Positions 30,468-40,028 of a DNA stretch of 64,000 bases are shown here, one piece after another. How positions within the stretch are numbered: the stretch's first letter is position 1; the number at the start of each line of letters is the position of its first letter. Made by a program: the position numbers and the translations under genes. The notes below the pieces were generated by a model. It did no database searches. It saw only the letters and a program-made list of their open reading frames with translations, and was not told where the DNA came from. Source of the stretch: Nanobdellota archaeon (GTDB taxonomy: Archaea; Nanobdellota; Nanobdellia; Woesearchaeales; GW2011-AR4); assembly GCA_022565235.1 (NCBI GenBank), contig JADFJW010000001.1, forward strand, positions 1,135 to 65,134, read 5' to 3'.

Positions 30468-30880
30468 ATTTTAGCACCTATATGCCTGCATATCTCCAGT
30501 ATGTTAATATACTTAAGATTCGGAACCTTTCCAATATCGGCGTTCTTTATTGTATCAAATTTTTGATTTTTCAAATTATCCGGAATGCCTATATGGCACT
30601 TAATGTTTTTAAAAGCTACCCTTCCCCTTTCCTTTTTATAGGGTAACATTCCCCGGATAGACCTTTTAACAAATCTATCCGGCATTCTGCGAGTAAATGG
30701 CCCTTTAGCAGGTATACCCATTTTCAAAAATCTGTCGGCCCTTTCAAATATTTTACTTCTGTCACCAGTAACAACACAAGTCTCGCAGTTAACAATATCT
30801 ATTTTCTCCCCTAACAATGCTTTCTTAGCTACAAAAGTTCCTAATCTCCCCAATATTAAGTTGTTTGCGTCTATTATCAT
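30464..30880 (-). CDS. rpl13: 50S ribosomal protein L13 (uL13)
   Basis: MIIDANNLILGRLGTFVAKKAL is the uL13 N-terminus. Confidence 0.9.
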   Translation of the reverse strand: MIIDANNLILGRLGTFVAKKALLGEKIDIVNCETCVVTGDRSKIFERADRFLKMGIPAKGPFTRRMPDRFVKRSIRGMLPYKKERGRVAFKNIKCHIGIPDNLKNQKFDTIKNADIGKVPNLKYINILEICRHIGAKI

Positions 30881-31239
30881 CCTATTATCCTAATTTTCTT
30901 TCCATTAGGTTTTTCTTTACTTAAATCCAATAAGTTGACTATTTGTGAACCATTCTTCTCTAATTTATCCTTCGCCTGTTCTGAAAACTGGTAAGCAGAT
31001 ATTGTAAGCTTATGATTCAGATTTCCGGACCCTAAAACCTTTCCAGGAACAACAATAACTTCATTTTCTTTTGTATATCTATTAATCCTGGACAGGTTAA
31101 CAGCCCTCCTGTTCCTTGTAGGCCTCTCTAAATCTAAAGCAACCCTTTTCCATAAGTTTACAGACTGCTCATTGCTTCTCTTCTTCAATTCCCCGATTAA
31201 ATCCTGCAATAATGGGTTTGTAGGTCCTGTTCGTTTCAT
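30877..31239 (-). CDS. rpl18e: 50S ribosomal protein L18e (eL18)
   Basis: MKRTGPTNPLLQDLIGELKK is present. The track start (31257) runs into the palindromic upstream element, so the start is taken at MKRTG. Confidence 0.85.
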   Translation of the reverse strand: MKRTGPTNPLLQDLIGELKKRSNEQSVNLWKRVALDLERPTRNRRAVNLSRINRYTKENEVIVVPGKVLGSGNLNHKLTISAYQFSEQAKDKLEKNGSQIVNLLDLSKEKPNGKKIRIIG

Positions 31240-31241
31240 TT

Positions 31242-31286
31242 TTGTGCATGCCTGCACACTAGCGTAAGGGGTATATTCTATACCCC
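31242..31286 (-). promoter_or_regulatory. hairpin + box element abutting the rpl18e start (copy i)
   Basis: ttgtgcatgcctgcacactagcgta is followed by the 8-bp-stem hairpin ggggtata-ttc-tatacccc. The same 25-mer plus hairpin recurs at 41649-41695. Confidence 0.5.
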
Positions 31287-31332
31287 TAGACAGGCATATT
31301 TTATCGTTTTATTATTGAACTTTTAATTTTAA

Positions 31333-31416
31333 TGCGGGAGACGTGATTCGAACACGCGTACCCACTAAGGGACAAGACCCTCGATCTTGCGCATTTGGCC
31401 ACTCTGCCACCCCCGC
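31333..31416 (-). tRNA. tRNA-Leu (anticodon read as GAG), type II with long variable arm, no encoded CCA
   Basis: Acceptor GCGGGGG/CTCCCGC, discriminator A, 3-bp D-stem GCA/TGC, anticodon stem CAAGA/TCTTG, loop TCGAGGG, variable arm TCCCTTAGTGGGTAC, T-arm GCGTG-TTCGAAT-CACGT. Position 33 reads C, which is unusual. Confidence 0.75.
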
Positions 31417-31428
31417 GTATGCGAAGGT

Positions 31429-32223
31429 TTACTTGAGCTTCTTTACTGCTTCATTAAAATCGTCAAAAGTTTTATCAAAAATCTTCAAAGCCTGATTCAA
31501 GATTTCCTTGCAGCTTAACTGCCCCCATGATTCCATGTAAAAAATAATGTCATTATCATATTTGACCTTTACCTCGCCATTTGAAACTTCTTCTACAACG
31601 CCTGCAAGATCGTACTTGAACAAATTGTCTTTAATAACCTCAAGCTTTCCATTTTTTATTTCAAAAATATTTCCATGAGTTTTTTCCACGATCTCTTCCG
31701 GATTCTTTACATTTCCTATCTCTATTATAGGCTTATGTTTGTAATAAGCAAGGCATGGAGTCCATTTAGAATGTACTTTACCTGTTCCCAGAACAGCAGT
31801 AGCCTCTAATTCCAAAGACTGGCCTTTTAACAATTTTACAATAGGCAGTTTTGGATAAACAGGCTTTACTGCAGGATCTTTGCTTTTAAGCTCGGAAGCG
31901 TAAACCATTCCAGAACCCTTTGATGCTTTCAAAGTGAGTTTAAGCTGACATCTTGCACATCCCTCTCCGTTGCATTTACATTCATCAGGCAAATTATATG
32001 ATTTTAAGTCTGTTTTTAAGGGTACCAATCCAAGCCTGTGCGCAATTATCTCATCATATAATATGGAGTCATTTTTTCTAAACTCTATCTCCTCAATAGC
32101 CATTGTAGGGACTTCCTCTATCATAATCCTCCTCAATGTATTTGCAAAAGCAGGTGTAGAATCCTTTATGATAAATGAAAGCTTCCCTTCTTCTTTACCA
32201 TTTGATAAAACTCTTATTTCCAT
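31429..32223 (-). CDS. rpoD: DNA-directed RNA polymerase subunit D (Rpb3)
   Basis: Dimerisation domain plus a Cys cluster CKCNGEGCARCQ (Fe-S domain 3), 264 aa, in a conserved position next to rps11. Confidence 0.9.
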   Translation of the reverse strand: MEIRVLSNGKEEGKLSFIIKDSTPAFANTLRRIMIEEVPTMAIEEIEFRKNDSILYDEIIAHRLGLVPLKTDLKSYNLPDECKCNGEGCARCQLKLTLKASKGSGMVYASELKSKDPAVKPVYPKLPIVKLLKGQSLELEATAVLGTGKVHSKWTPCLAYYKHKPIIEIGNVKNPEEIVEKTHGNIFEIKNGKLEVIKDNLFKYDLAGVVEEVSNGEVKVKYDNDIIFYMESWGQLSCKEILNQALKIFDKTFDDFNEAVKKLK

Positions 32224-32279
32224 TTTAGCACCTCAAACTTGTTTGACGCTAGGAAATCGTAGATTTCCCGCTGCCTCAA

Positions 32280-32675
32280 TTATACTCTTCTACCTCTCCT
32301 TCCTCCTTTTTTTCTACAACCATCGTGAGGTAAAGGAGTAACATCCTCTATTAAACCAATCCTTAAACCCATTCTTGACAATGCCCTTACAGCAGCCTGT
32401 GCACCGGGTCCAGGACCGACAGAATCGTTATGACCTCCGGGAGCCCTTATCTTAACGTGAATCGCATTTATTCCCTTTTCCATAGCTCCCTCAGCAGCCC
32501 TTTTTGCAGCAATCATTGCAGCAGTGGGACTGGATTCCATCCTATCGCTCTTAACAACCATGCCGCCAGATGCTTTGCTTATCGTTTCTGTTCCAGTGAT
32601 GTCCGTTATGTGGATGATAGTATTATTATATGATGCGTAAATATGCGCTATTCCCCATCTTTCATGATATGCCAT
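32280..32675 (-). CDS. rps11: 30S ribosomal protein S11 (uS11)
   Basis: [32 protein letters not shown] is the uS11 core. Confidence 0.9.
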   Translation of the reverse strand: MAYHERWGIAHIYASYNNTIIHITDITGTETISKASGGMVVKSDRMESSPTAAMIAAKRAAEGAMEKGINAIHVKIRAPGGHNDSVGPGPGAQAAVRALSRMGLRIGLIEDVTPLPHDGCRKKGGRRGRRV

Positions 32676-32677
32676 TT

Positions 32678-33358
32678 TTAATCCTCCTTGACCTCAGCTT
32701 TTTTTCCTTTAATTTCTTTTCTAACTTCTGATTTTTTTTCAGAAGCTGTTTTGTTTCCTTTCTCAGCTTTTTTTCCTTCAACTTTTGTTTTCTTTTCTTC
32801 TTCTTTAACTTCTTTCTTCTCTTTCTTATCCTTTTTCTCCACTTTTGCCACAACCCTTATAGGGTGGCTAGGATCAGCAACAACAGAGCCCTGAGAAAAT
32901 TGTATGTGGCCTTCCTCGTCTAATGGAACAAGATAGGAGGGTGCTGTAATCGTTCTTTCTCCCAACGAAATATGATCATGAACAATAAACTGCCTAGCCT
33001 GCTTAAGGCTGCCTGCCATATTTTTCCTGTAAACTAAAGTCTGCAATCTTCTTTCCAGAACATCTTTTAATGTCAAAGACAAAACATCTTCTATCTTTGC
33101 ATCTTTTCCTAGTAATCCTAAAGATGAAAGTTTTGTCAAAAGCTGATTCCTTTCCTTCTCAACCTGAGGATTATTTAAGGTAATAAGGTTTTTTGCCTGC
33201 CTGGTAAAATTCTTCAGAATTGTACCCATCTTCCATATCTCATATTTTCTTCTAAGTCCGTACCCCTGCAGGATTTCTTTTTCTGCCAAAATCCTTTCTT
33301 TTTGCCACGGGTGTGATGGCTTTGAAAATTTTTTTCTTTGTTTTTTAGGACTTCCCAT
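32678..33358 (-). CDS. rps4: 30S ribosomal protein S4 (uS4) with C-terminal Lys/Glu-rich extension
   Basis: [23 protein letters not shown]...[10 protein letters not shown]...S4 domain, followed by a low-complexity tail of about 55 aa ([19 protein letters not shown]...). Confidence 0.85.
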   Translation of the reverse strand: MGSPKKQRKKFSKPSHPWQKERILAEKEILQGYGLRRKYEIWKMGTILKNFTRQAKNLITLNNPQVEKERNQLLTKLSSLGLLGKDAKIEDVLSLTLKDVLERRLQTLVYRKNMAGSLKQARQFIVHDHISLGERTITAPSYLVPLDEEGHIQFSQGSVVADPSHPIRVVAKVEKKDKKEKKEVKEEEKKTKVEGKKAEKGNKTASEKKSEVRKEIKGKKAEVKED

Positions 33359-33360
33359 CT

Positions 33361-33936
33361 TTATGCCTTACTCCCTTTAGCAGCAGTTTTTTTAACAACT
33401 CCCAATGATGATTTCCCCTTATTCCTTCTAAAATTAGATTTTGTTCTCTGGCCTCTGACCGGCAACCCCACACCATGCCTTACTCCCTTGTAAGACCTGA
33501 TTTTTTTCATCATCTTGATATCATTTTCTTCTGCAAAAGATAAATTTCCTGTTAGGACATGATAATCTTTTCCATCTACATAATTTTTTCTCCTATTAAA
33601 CATCCAAGAGGGTGCGTTATAATTCGAGGGATTGCTCAAAACATCATCAAGCTTCTTAACTTCATCATCTTTTAGGTAACCAGCTTTGGCTGTTTTATCA
33701 ACACCTGCGAAATTACATAACATGTTAGAAAACATGAAACTCACGCCCTTGATCTTTTTCAGTGCATTGCTTATACTTTTGTTTCCGTCAAGGTCTGTAT
33801 TCGCGATCCTTACAAAATACTTGAAATCTTTACCTACAGAATTTGCGCCGGAACCTAGGTCAGAGGTACTGGAAATCTCTGATTTCCTTGTAACTTGCTT
33901 CCGAGCATCTTCCTTAGCTTGAGATTGTTCTACCAT
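33361..33936 (-). CDS. rps13: 30S ribosomal protein S13 (uS13)
   Basis: DFKYFVRIANTDLDGNKSI is the uS13 start and KGVRHGVGLPVRGQRTKSN the C-terminus. The track start at 33975 is a TTG, and the ATG at 33934-33936 is preferred. Even then there is an N-terminal extension of about 35 aa. Confidence 0.8.
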   Translation of the reverse strand: MVEQSQAKEDARKQVTRKSEISSTSDLGSGANSVGKDFKYFVRIANTDLDGNKSISNALKKIKGVSFMFSNMLCNFAGVDKTAKAGYLKDDEVKKLDDVLSNPSNYNAPSWMFNRRKNYVDGKDYHVLTGNLSFAEENDIKMMKKIRSYKGVRHGVGLPVRGQRTKSNFRRNKGKSSLGVVKKTAAKGSKA

Positions 33937-33947
33937 CCTAATAACAT

Positions 33948-33966
33948 ACTCACTTACGTTCGTAGC
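33948..33966 (-). promoter_or_regulatory. copy of the 19-nt motif (actcacttacgttcgtagc) about 10-30 nt upstream of the rps13 ATG
   Basis: Direct match to the motif at 3304-3322, 4614-4632 and 7858-7876 (reverse complement). Confidence 0.4.
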
Positions 33967-34203
33967 ATCAAACAAATAAATATTGTTTAATTATAACCAT
34001 TTGTTTGGCATATATCCGAGAATATAGCACTTAAAGCAACCCTAAAATCGCTCTAATTGAACTCGGGCTAAGAAAAAGGAACTGAGTTTTATTTATAAAG
34101 GTTGTGATTGATCGGTTGATTTTTGTTCCACATTTTTACTGGACAAACTTTTTGCAATCAAAAGATTTAAATATATGCGACACGTTTGGAAAAAGTGCCA
34201 AAA

Positions 34204-34257
34204 ACACAATATGTTGTGTTTGTTAGATAAGGTATATACTACATGTTGTGTCTGTGT
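34204..34257. promoter_or_regulatory. pair of palindromic boxes upstream of nrdJ (ACACAAtatgTTGTGT and acATGTTGTGTctgtgt)
   Basis: A perfect 6-bp inverted repeat with a 4-nt spacer, and a second ATGTTGTGT about 37 nt downstream. Both lie 30-85 nt upstream of the nrdJ ATG at 34287. Confidence 0.35.
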
Positions 34258-34286
34258 CCAGTGGTAAAAAGATTATAAAGAGGTAG

Positions 34287-36857
34287 GTGATCATGGTGCA
34301 AAAGATTTCTGAGATAAAGAAGAGAGACGGAAGTGTGGTAAAATTTGAGGAAGCGAAAGTAGCGAACGCTATATTCCAGGCGGCTAAGTCTGTTGGCGGC
34401 AAAGATATGGATGAAGCCAAAAAGCTCGCATATAAGGTGACTAAAGAACTGGAGAAGCAAGTAGAAGGCATACCTACAGTCGAGCAATTGCAGGACTTGG
34501 TGGAAAAAATATTGATTGAAGCCGGGCATGCTCAAACATCTAAGTCATTTATTGTTTATAGGCAAAAAAGGGCAGAACTTCGTGAGCAGAAGATGAAGGT
34601 TCTGGAAAAGGATTATTTAGATGAGGTAGACAAGAGGTTTGACCTGAATGCCCTAAGGGTCCTAAAGTCAAGATACCTAAAAAAAGATGAGAAAGGGAAG
34701 TTAATAGAAACTCCAAAGCAATTGTTTACAAGGGTCGCTGTACATTCTGCTATCCCAGATATTTTTTATGATGACCGAGTTTATGATATAAATGCAGGGC
34801 AAAACACTTTTGAAATAGAAGAATTTGATCAAAAAGAGTATGATGGTAAATTTTCCATTGGTAAGTATAAATTAAACCAGTATCACATGGAAGGTGTAAG
34901 GAGAATTTATGAAAGGTACAATCACGAGAAGAAGATCCGGGTTTCCTGGAGTCAGCTGCTTGAGCTGTTTGAGGAAAAATATTTTGACAAGTATGAGGGA
35001 AGCATAGATGATTTCTATAACCTGATGACGGAAAAGAAGTTTATGCCAAATACTCCTGCGATAGCTAATTTTGGGAATTCGTTAGGCATGGGCTCAGCAT
35101 GTTTTGTTTTGGGTATAGATGACAGCATGGAAAGCATCATGGATACTTTGAAGCATACTGCAATAATACATAAAAGCGGAGGAGGGACGGGATTTAATTT
35201 TTCCAAGATAAGACCTGAAGGAGATTTTGTTTCATCTACTTCCGGTGCTGCCTCTGGACCGCTGTCCTTCATGAAGATGTTTGATACGATGACAGAGGTA
35301 GTTAAGCAGGGAGGTATTCGTCGCGGTGCTAACATGGGCATAATGAACAGCAATCATCCTGATATTGAGAAGTTTATAACAGCGAAAAACGGTAATAAAG
35401 GCCTTAGGAACTTTAACATATCTGTTTTGCTAATGGGGGATTTTTGGGAGCATTACAACAAAAACAAGCCGTATCCTTTGGTTAATCCCCGGAATGGAAA
35501 AGTTGTAAAAACAGTTAATCCAAGGATGCTTTTTGATAAGATAGTTTATCAAGCCTGGGAATCGGCTGAGCCCGGCATAATATTTTTTGATACTATAAAC
35601 AAATATAACCCGTTTTATGAGCATTTGGGGCCTATAGTTACAACTAATCCTTGTGGAGAGGTGCTTTTATATCCAAATGAGCCATGTAATTTGGGTTCGA
35701 TCAATGTATGGGCATTTGCCAAAGAAGATGCCGATGGGAATGTATATTATGACTGGAATGGGTTGAAAGAAGCTGTGCATAAATGCACAAGGTTATTGGA
35801 TAATGTAATTGATGTGAATAAGTTTCCTTTGAAACAGATTGAGGAAATGAGCCTGAATACCCGTAAAATTGGTCTAGGGGTTATGGGTTTGGGTGATCTG
35901 CTATATGAGTTGAGGCTCCCATATAACACTGATGAAGGCAGGAAGTTTATGGAAAAGATTATGCAGTTTATTGCTTATTATTCCAAATTGGAGAGTATTG
36001 AGCTAGCTAAGAATCGCGGAAATTTACCATATTATGACAAGAGCTTCTATAAAGACGGGAGGCTGCCATTCAGCGGCTTTGACCTGAAAGAAGAATGGGA
36101 TTTTGATTGGGAAAAGGTAAGTTTAGATATTAAGAAATATGGGATAAGGAATGGTTATGATACGATTATTGCTCCTACTGGCAGCATATCGATGATAGCC
36201 GGCTGTTCTTCCGGGATGGAACCGGTTTATTCTCTTGCTTTTGAGAAGAATGTTAAAGTTGGAAGCTTTTACTATATTGATCCTGCTTTTGAAAGAGCTT
36301 TGAAAAAAGAGGGTTTGTATACTGATGAGCTTATGGAAGCAATATGCGAGAATACGGGTTCAGTGCAAGGCCTAGAGGGATTTCCAGAGGAGCTGCAGAA
36401 AGTTTTTGTTACTGCCCTGAATATAACACCGAAGGACCATATTCTTGCTTTAGCTTCTTTCCAGAAATGGGTTGACAGCTCTATTTCAAAAACAAATAAC
36501 TTTCCGGCAGATGCTACGGTAGATGATATGAGGGAAAGCTATATCATGGGCCATAAGATAGGATGTAAAGGCCTTACGGTTTTTAGAGATACTTCTATTA
36601 AGGAACAGGTTTTGGTTGCCGGTAAGAATAGTAAATTAGAAGCGAAAGAAACTGCAACGCAAGTACAACAAAAAGCAGAAGCTCCACAACCAATCAGTGA
36701 TGTTACCGGAAGAGCAGAGGATGTTGAATCTGGTGACTTGATGACGCAAACCACAGGTAAAGCGCAACATAAGATCTGTCCTGAATGCGGTGGAGCAACT
36801 CAGATGCAGGAAGGTTGTGTTAGCTGTAAGGGTTGTGGTTGGGCACTTTGTAAGTGA
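34287..36857 (+). CDS. nrdJ: ribonucleotide reductase, class II (adenosylcobalamin-dependent), with N-terminal ATP-cone and C-terminal zinc ribbon
   Basis: N-terminal ATP-cone (KRDGSVVKFEEAKVANAIFQAA), NPCGEVLL active-site region and C-terminal CPECGG...CVSCKGCGW. 856 aa. Confidence 0.9.
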   Translation: MIMVQKISEIKKRDGSVVKFEEAKVANAIFQAAKSVGGKDMDEAKKLAYKVTKELEKQVEGIPTVEQLQDLVEKILIEAGHAQTSKSFIVYRQKRAELREQKMKVLEKDYLDEVDKRFDLNALRVLKSRYLKKDEKGKLIETPKQLFTRVAVHSAIPDIFYDDRVYDINAGQNTFEIEEFDQKEYDGKFSIGKYKLNQYHMEGVRRIYERYNHEKKIRVSWSQLLELFEEKYFDKYEGSIDDFYNLMTEKKFMPNTPAIANFGNSLGMGSACFVLGIDDSMESIMDTLKHTAIIHKSGGGTGFNFSKIRPEGDFVSSTSGAASGPLSFMKMFDTMTEVVKQGGIRRGANMGIMNSNHPDIEKFITAKNGNKGLRNFNISVLLMGDFWEHYNKNKPYPLVNPRNGKVVKTVNPRMLFDKIVYQAWESAEPGIIFFDTINKYNPFYEHLGPIVTTNPCGEVLLYPNEPCNLGSINVWAFAKEDADGNVYYDWNGLKEAVHKCTRLLDNVIDVNKFPLKQIEEMSLNTRKIGLGVMGLGDLLYELRLPYNTDEGRKFMEKIMQFIAYYSKLESIELAKNRGNLPYYDKSFYKDGRLPFSGFDLKEEWDFDWEKVSLDIKKYGIRNGYDTIIAPTGSISMIAGCSSGMEPVYSLAFEKNVKVGSFYYIDPAFERALKKEGLYTDELMEAICENTGSVQGLEGFPEELQKVFVTALNITPKDHILALASFQKWVDSSISKTNNFPADATVDDMRESYIMGHKIGCKGLTVFRDTSIKEQVLVAGKNSKLEAKETATQVQQKAEAPQPISDVTGRAEDVESGDLMTQTTGKAQHKICPECGGATQMQEGCVSCKGCGWALCK

Positions 36858-36905
36858 GTTCTTTTTTAGTTTTTGAAAAGGTCGTATAACTTACGTTATG
36901 CGACG
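36858..36905 (+). terminator. T-rich tract plus hairpin after nrdJ
   Basis: gttcttttttagtttttg is followed by gtcgtataac-ttac-gttatgcgac, an imperfect 10-bp stem. Confidence 0.35.
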
Positions 36906-37072
36906 TTTTGTACTGAAAACCCAAACATTTATATACCACATATATACTCAAGTATATAGGTTGAATAGAGGGAACAGAGAGTATAGTGACTAAAGACTTT
37001 TACTTTTTCTGTTTCACGTGTAGTGGAGATATTTGAAACGCATGTTTTTTTATTCAAGGAGATATAGATAAA

Positions 37073-38467
37073 ATGATATTTGAAGATTTAAATGTAAAGC
37101 CAGAGCTAGTCAAAGGACTAAAGGAAATTGGGGTTAAGGAGCCTACTGAAATACAGAAAAAAACAATCCCGTTGATAAAAGAAGGAAAAGATGTTATAGG
37201 CATATCAAAGACTGGTTCTGGGAAGACAATTGCTTTTGGCATTCCAATACTGGAAAAAATCGAACATGGGCGGGGAGTGCAGTTTCTAATAATTGCTCCT
37301 GTAAGGGAACTAGCCGTCCAAATATCCAATGAGCTAAAGAAATTCGGGAAATACATAAAATTCTCTGCGGCAACTGTTTATGGAGGTGTTGCAATTAATC
37401 CTCAGATAGAGGCTATAGCAAGAGCAGATATTATTGTCAGCACACCGGGAAGATTACTGGACCACTTGGAGAACTTCGATCTAAAACTAGACAAAATAAA
37501 ATGTGTTGTTCTGGATGAAGCTGACAAGATGGTTGAGATGGGATTTATTGAGGATATAAGGAGAATACTAAACGAAACACCAAATAACAGGCAAGTTTTG
37601 TTATTCGGAGCAACAATCTCAAATGAGGTAGATGAACTAAAGCAAGATTACATGCATAATCCTGAAACTGCCCAGGCAGAATCGCATGTAGATGAAGAAT
37701 ACTTAGAGCAATATTATTATGATGTAAAGCAGTTTGAGAAATTCTCATTATTAGTGCATTTACTAAAGAAAGAAAAGAAAGACTTATGCATAATTTTTTG
37801 CTCTGCAAGATCTACTGTGGAAATGGTTACAAGGAATTTAAGAGACAATGGAATTAAATGCGATATGATCCACGGGAAACTAACCCAGAACAGGAGATTA
37901 AGAGCTATTGAAAATTTCCATAAAGGAAATCCCACTATTCTTGTAGCATCAGCAGTTGCGGCAAGAGGGATAGATGTAAAAGATGTTTCACATATTTTCA
38001 ACTATGATTTATCACCTGATGCGCAAGAATATGTGCACAGGGTCGGAAGAACTGCAAGAGCAGGAAAAACAGGAAAAGCGATTACATTACTAAGCGAAAG
38101 GGACCATGATGTTTTCAGGGAAATTTTAAGCAGGTTTCCTGTCAAGGTTGAACAGCTCCCCTTGGAAGATTTTGAAAGGTTAAAATTCAATGCCGGAATT
38201 AGAGGGAGTTTTAGAGGCGGCGGCAGGTTTGGAGGAAGAGGTAGCGGAAGACCAGGAGGAAGGTTTGGAGGCAGAGACGATTCAAGAGGTTATCAAGGTC
38301 ATAGGCCGCGATATGGCGGAAGAAGTTCTGATAGTTCAAGTTCGTATGGCGGAAGAAACGATTCTGACAGGCCAAGGTCAGGATTTCAGGGAAGACCAAG
38401 GACATCTGAACACAAACCAAGGTCTTATGGCGGAAGAAGTTCTTCAGGGTATGGAAGATCAAAATAG
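37073..38467 (+). CDS. DEAD-box ATP-dependent RNA helicase with C-terminal RGG/Gly-Arg-rich tail
   Basis: Q-motif region, ISKTGSGKT, APVRELA, LDEADKM (DEAD), GAT and HRVGRTAR motifs. The last roughly 90 aa are GGRFGGRGSGRPGGRFGGR-type repeats. Confidence 0.9.
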   Translation: MIFEDLNVKPELVKGLKEIGVKEPTEIQKKTIPLIKEGKDVIGISKTGSGKTIAFGIPILEKIEHGRGVQFLIIAPVRELAVQISNELKKFGKYIKFSAATVYGGVAINPQIEAIARADIIVSTPGRLLDHLENFDLKLDKIKCVVLDEADKMVEMGFIEDIRRILNETPNNRQVLLFGATISNEVDELKQDYMHNPETAQAESHVDEEYLEQYYYDVKQFEKFSLLVHLLKKEKKDLCIIFCSARSTVEMVTRNLRDNGIKCDMIHGKLTQNRRLRAIENFHKGNPTILVASAVAARGIDVKDVSHIFNYDLSPDAQEYVHRVGRTARAGKTGKAITLLSERDHDVFREILSRFPVKVEQLPLEDFERLKFNAGIRGSFRGGGRFGGRGSGRPGGRFGGRDDSRGYQGHRPRYGGRSSDSSSSYGGRNDSDRPRSGFQGRPRTSEHKPRSYGGRSSSGYGRSK

Positions 38468-38485
38468 TTTGGTAGAAGGTATTGA

Positions 38486-39454
38486 TTATATTTCACTCTT
38501 AAACTGGTCATAACCATAACTTAATTTCTTTTTTCTTTTGTCGAACAAATAAATTCCTTGTTTTTTTGGTAATATTTTTCCTACCACTATGCATTTTATG
38601 CCTTTGATTTTATTTAATCTTTTTTCGGGTATTGTAAAAATTAATTCGAAATCTTCTCCTCCAAATAAAGCATAGTCATATGGGTCTTTTTTTAATTTTT
38701 TAGCGTCGTTAATTGTATTTTTATTTAATGGGATTTTTTCTTTGTAGATGACTGCCCCTGTTTTGCTTTCATTGCATATGTTAAGAACTTCAGATGCAAG
38801 TCCATCAGAAACATCTTCCATTGCATTAACAAAATTTGATAATTTTCTTCCGATATTTAATTTACATTTAGGATTCAAATAATAATTAATTGAGTTTCCT
38901 TTCTTATTGTTTTTTAATAATTGCAACCCTGCTCTTGATGCTCCTAAATTTCCTGTGACAAGAATCAAATCATTAATTTTTGCATTGGACCTTAAGCATA
39001 GGTTCTTCTTTTCGACAAAACCAATCAACATAACATTAATAACAATATTTTTTCCATTAGAAAGGTTTCCACCAATTATGTTTATTTTATATTTCTTGCA
39101 ATTTTTATTTATTCCATTGTATAATTTATCAACAAAATTAGTATTGGTGTTTTTTGGCATTGTGAGAGAAATTAAAGCGTATTTTGGAAAACCACCCATT
39201 GATGCTATATCTGAAACATTACTTTCTATTGCTTTAGAGCCAATTTGCTCTGGAGTGAACCATTTTAGATTAAAATGGTCATCTTCCACTAAAGTGTCAG
39301 TTGTCAGCAACAAATAATGTTTTTTATCGAATTTAAGAACTGCTGCATCGTCTCCTATGCCCTTAACTACGTCTTTAGAGAATAATCTTAGGTTTTTGCT
39401 TATTTTTTTGATTAATTCTATCTCCCCAAACCCCGATAATTCCATGGAAATCAA
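38486..39454 (-). CDS. thiL: thiamine-monophosphate kinase (PurM-like superfamily)
   Basis: FGEIELIKKISKN...IGDDAAVL...LLTTDTLVEDDHF matches the ThiL N-terminal pattern. Confidence 0.75.
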   Translation of the reverse strand: MISMELSGFGEIELIKKISKNLRLFSKDVVKGIGDDAAVLKFDKKHYLLLTTDTLVEDDHFNLKWFTPEQIGSKAIESNVSDIASMGGFPKYALISLTMPKNTNTNFVDKLYNGINKNCKKYKINIIGGNLSNGKNIVINVMLIGFVEKKNLCLRSNAKINDLILVTGNLGASRAGLQLLKNNKKGNSINYYLNPKCKLNIGRKLSNFVNAMEDVSDGLASEVLNICNESKTGAVIYKEKIPLNKNTINDAKKLKKDPYDYALFGGEDFELIFTIPEKRLNKIKGIKCIVVGKILPKKQGIYLFDKRKKKLSYGYDQFKSEI

Positions 39455-40028
39455 AAAGTTTTTAATTCTTAAATATCTTTCTGTTTATATGCTAGATGTA
39501 ATACTTCAGGTCTTTTATCTTATGCTACCTGCTTATTTTGCCAATATGGCCCCAGTTATTGTTAAAGGTAGTTTTAAGAGCCTGAAAATACCTTTGGATT
39601 TCAATAAGAAGATAAATAAAAAACCGATACTCGGGGAAAACAAGACTTTTAGAGGTCTTATTTTTGGAGTTTTGTTCGCCGTAATCATCGCTTATTTGCA
39701 GTTTTTGCTGTATAATAATAATATTCTGGCGGATATAGCAATCATTGATTATTCAAACTGGCTGCTAATAGGATTTCTTCTGGGTTTTGGAGCTATATTT
39801 GGAGACCTAGTGGAAAGTTATGTAAAAAGAAGGATGAATTATGAACCTGGGAGGAGCTTTGTGCCGTTTGACCAGATAGACTTTGTTATAGGGGCTTTGA
39901 TTTTTGTTTATCCATTAGTCATTTTGTCATTGGATAAGATTGTAGTTATGTTATTTCTAAGCTTTATTCTGCACATTATAGTAAATCATATCGCCTTCTA
40001 TATGAATATAAGAAGAGAGAAATGGTAA
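39441..40028 (+). CDS. carS: CDP-archaeol synthase (CarS, DUF46 family)
   Basis: YLMLPAYFANMAPVI, GENKTFRG and FGDLVESYVKRR match CarS conserved blocks, with about 5 TM segments. The start is taken at MEIKKF, and the track start overlaps thiL. Confidence 0.7.
   Translation, partial: SMEIKKFLILKYLSVYMLDVILQVFYLMLPAYFANMAPVIVKGSFKSLKIPLDFNKKINKKPILGENKTFRGLIFGVLFAVIIAYLQFLLYNNNILADIAIIDYSNWLLIGFLLGFGAIFGDLVESYVKRRMNYEPGRSFVPFDQIDFVIGALIFVYPLVILSLDKIVVMLFLSFILHIIVNHIAFYMNIRREKW

Noticed and set aside
32662-32894. K-rich ORF 32662-32853 and ORF 32688-32894
   Set aside because: They are alternative-frame or antisense readings of the repetitive KE-tail coding region of rps4, not independent genes.
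33937-33975. Track start of rps13 at 33975 (TTG) giving MFDATNVSEYVIR
   Set aside because: The segment coincides with the conserved 19-nt motif and lacks an ATG. The ATG at 33934-33936 is the more plausible start. Similar over-extensions affected rpl18e, rpiB, the cyclase, zwf, carS, the AI-2E transporter and paralog 3.
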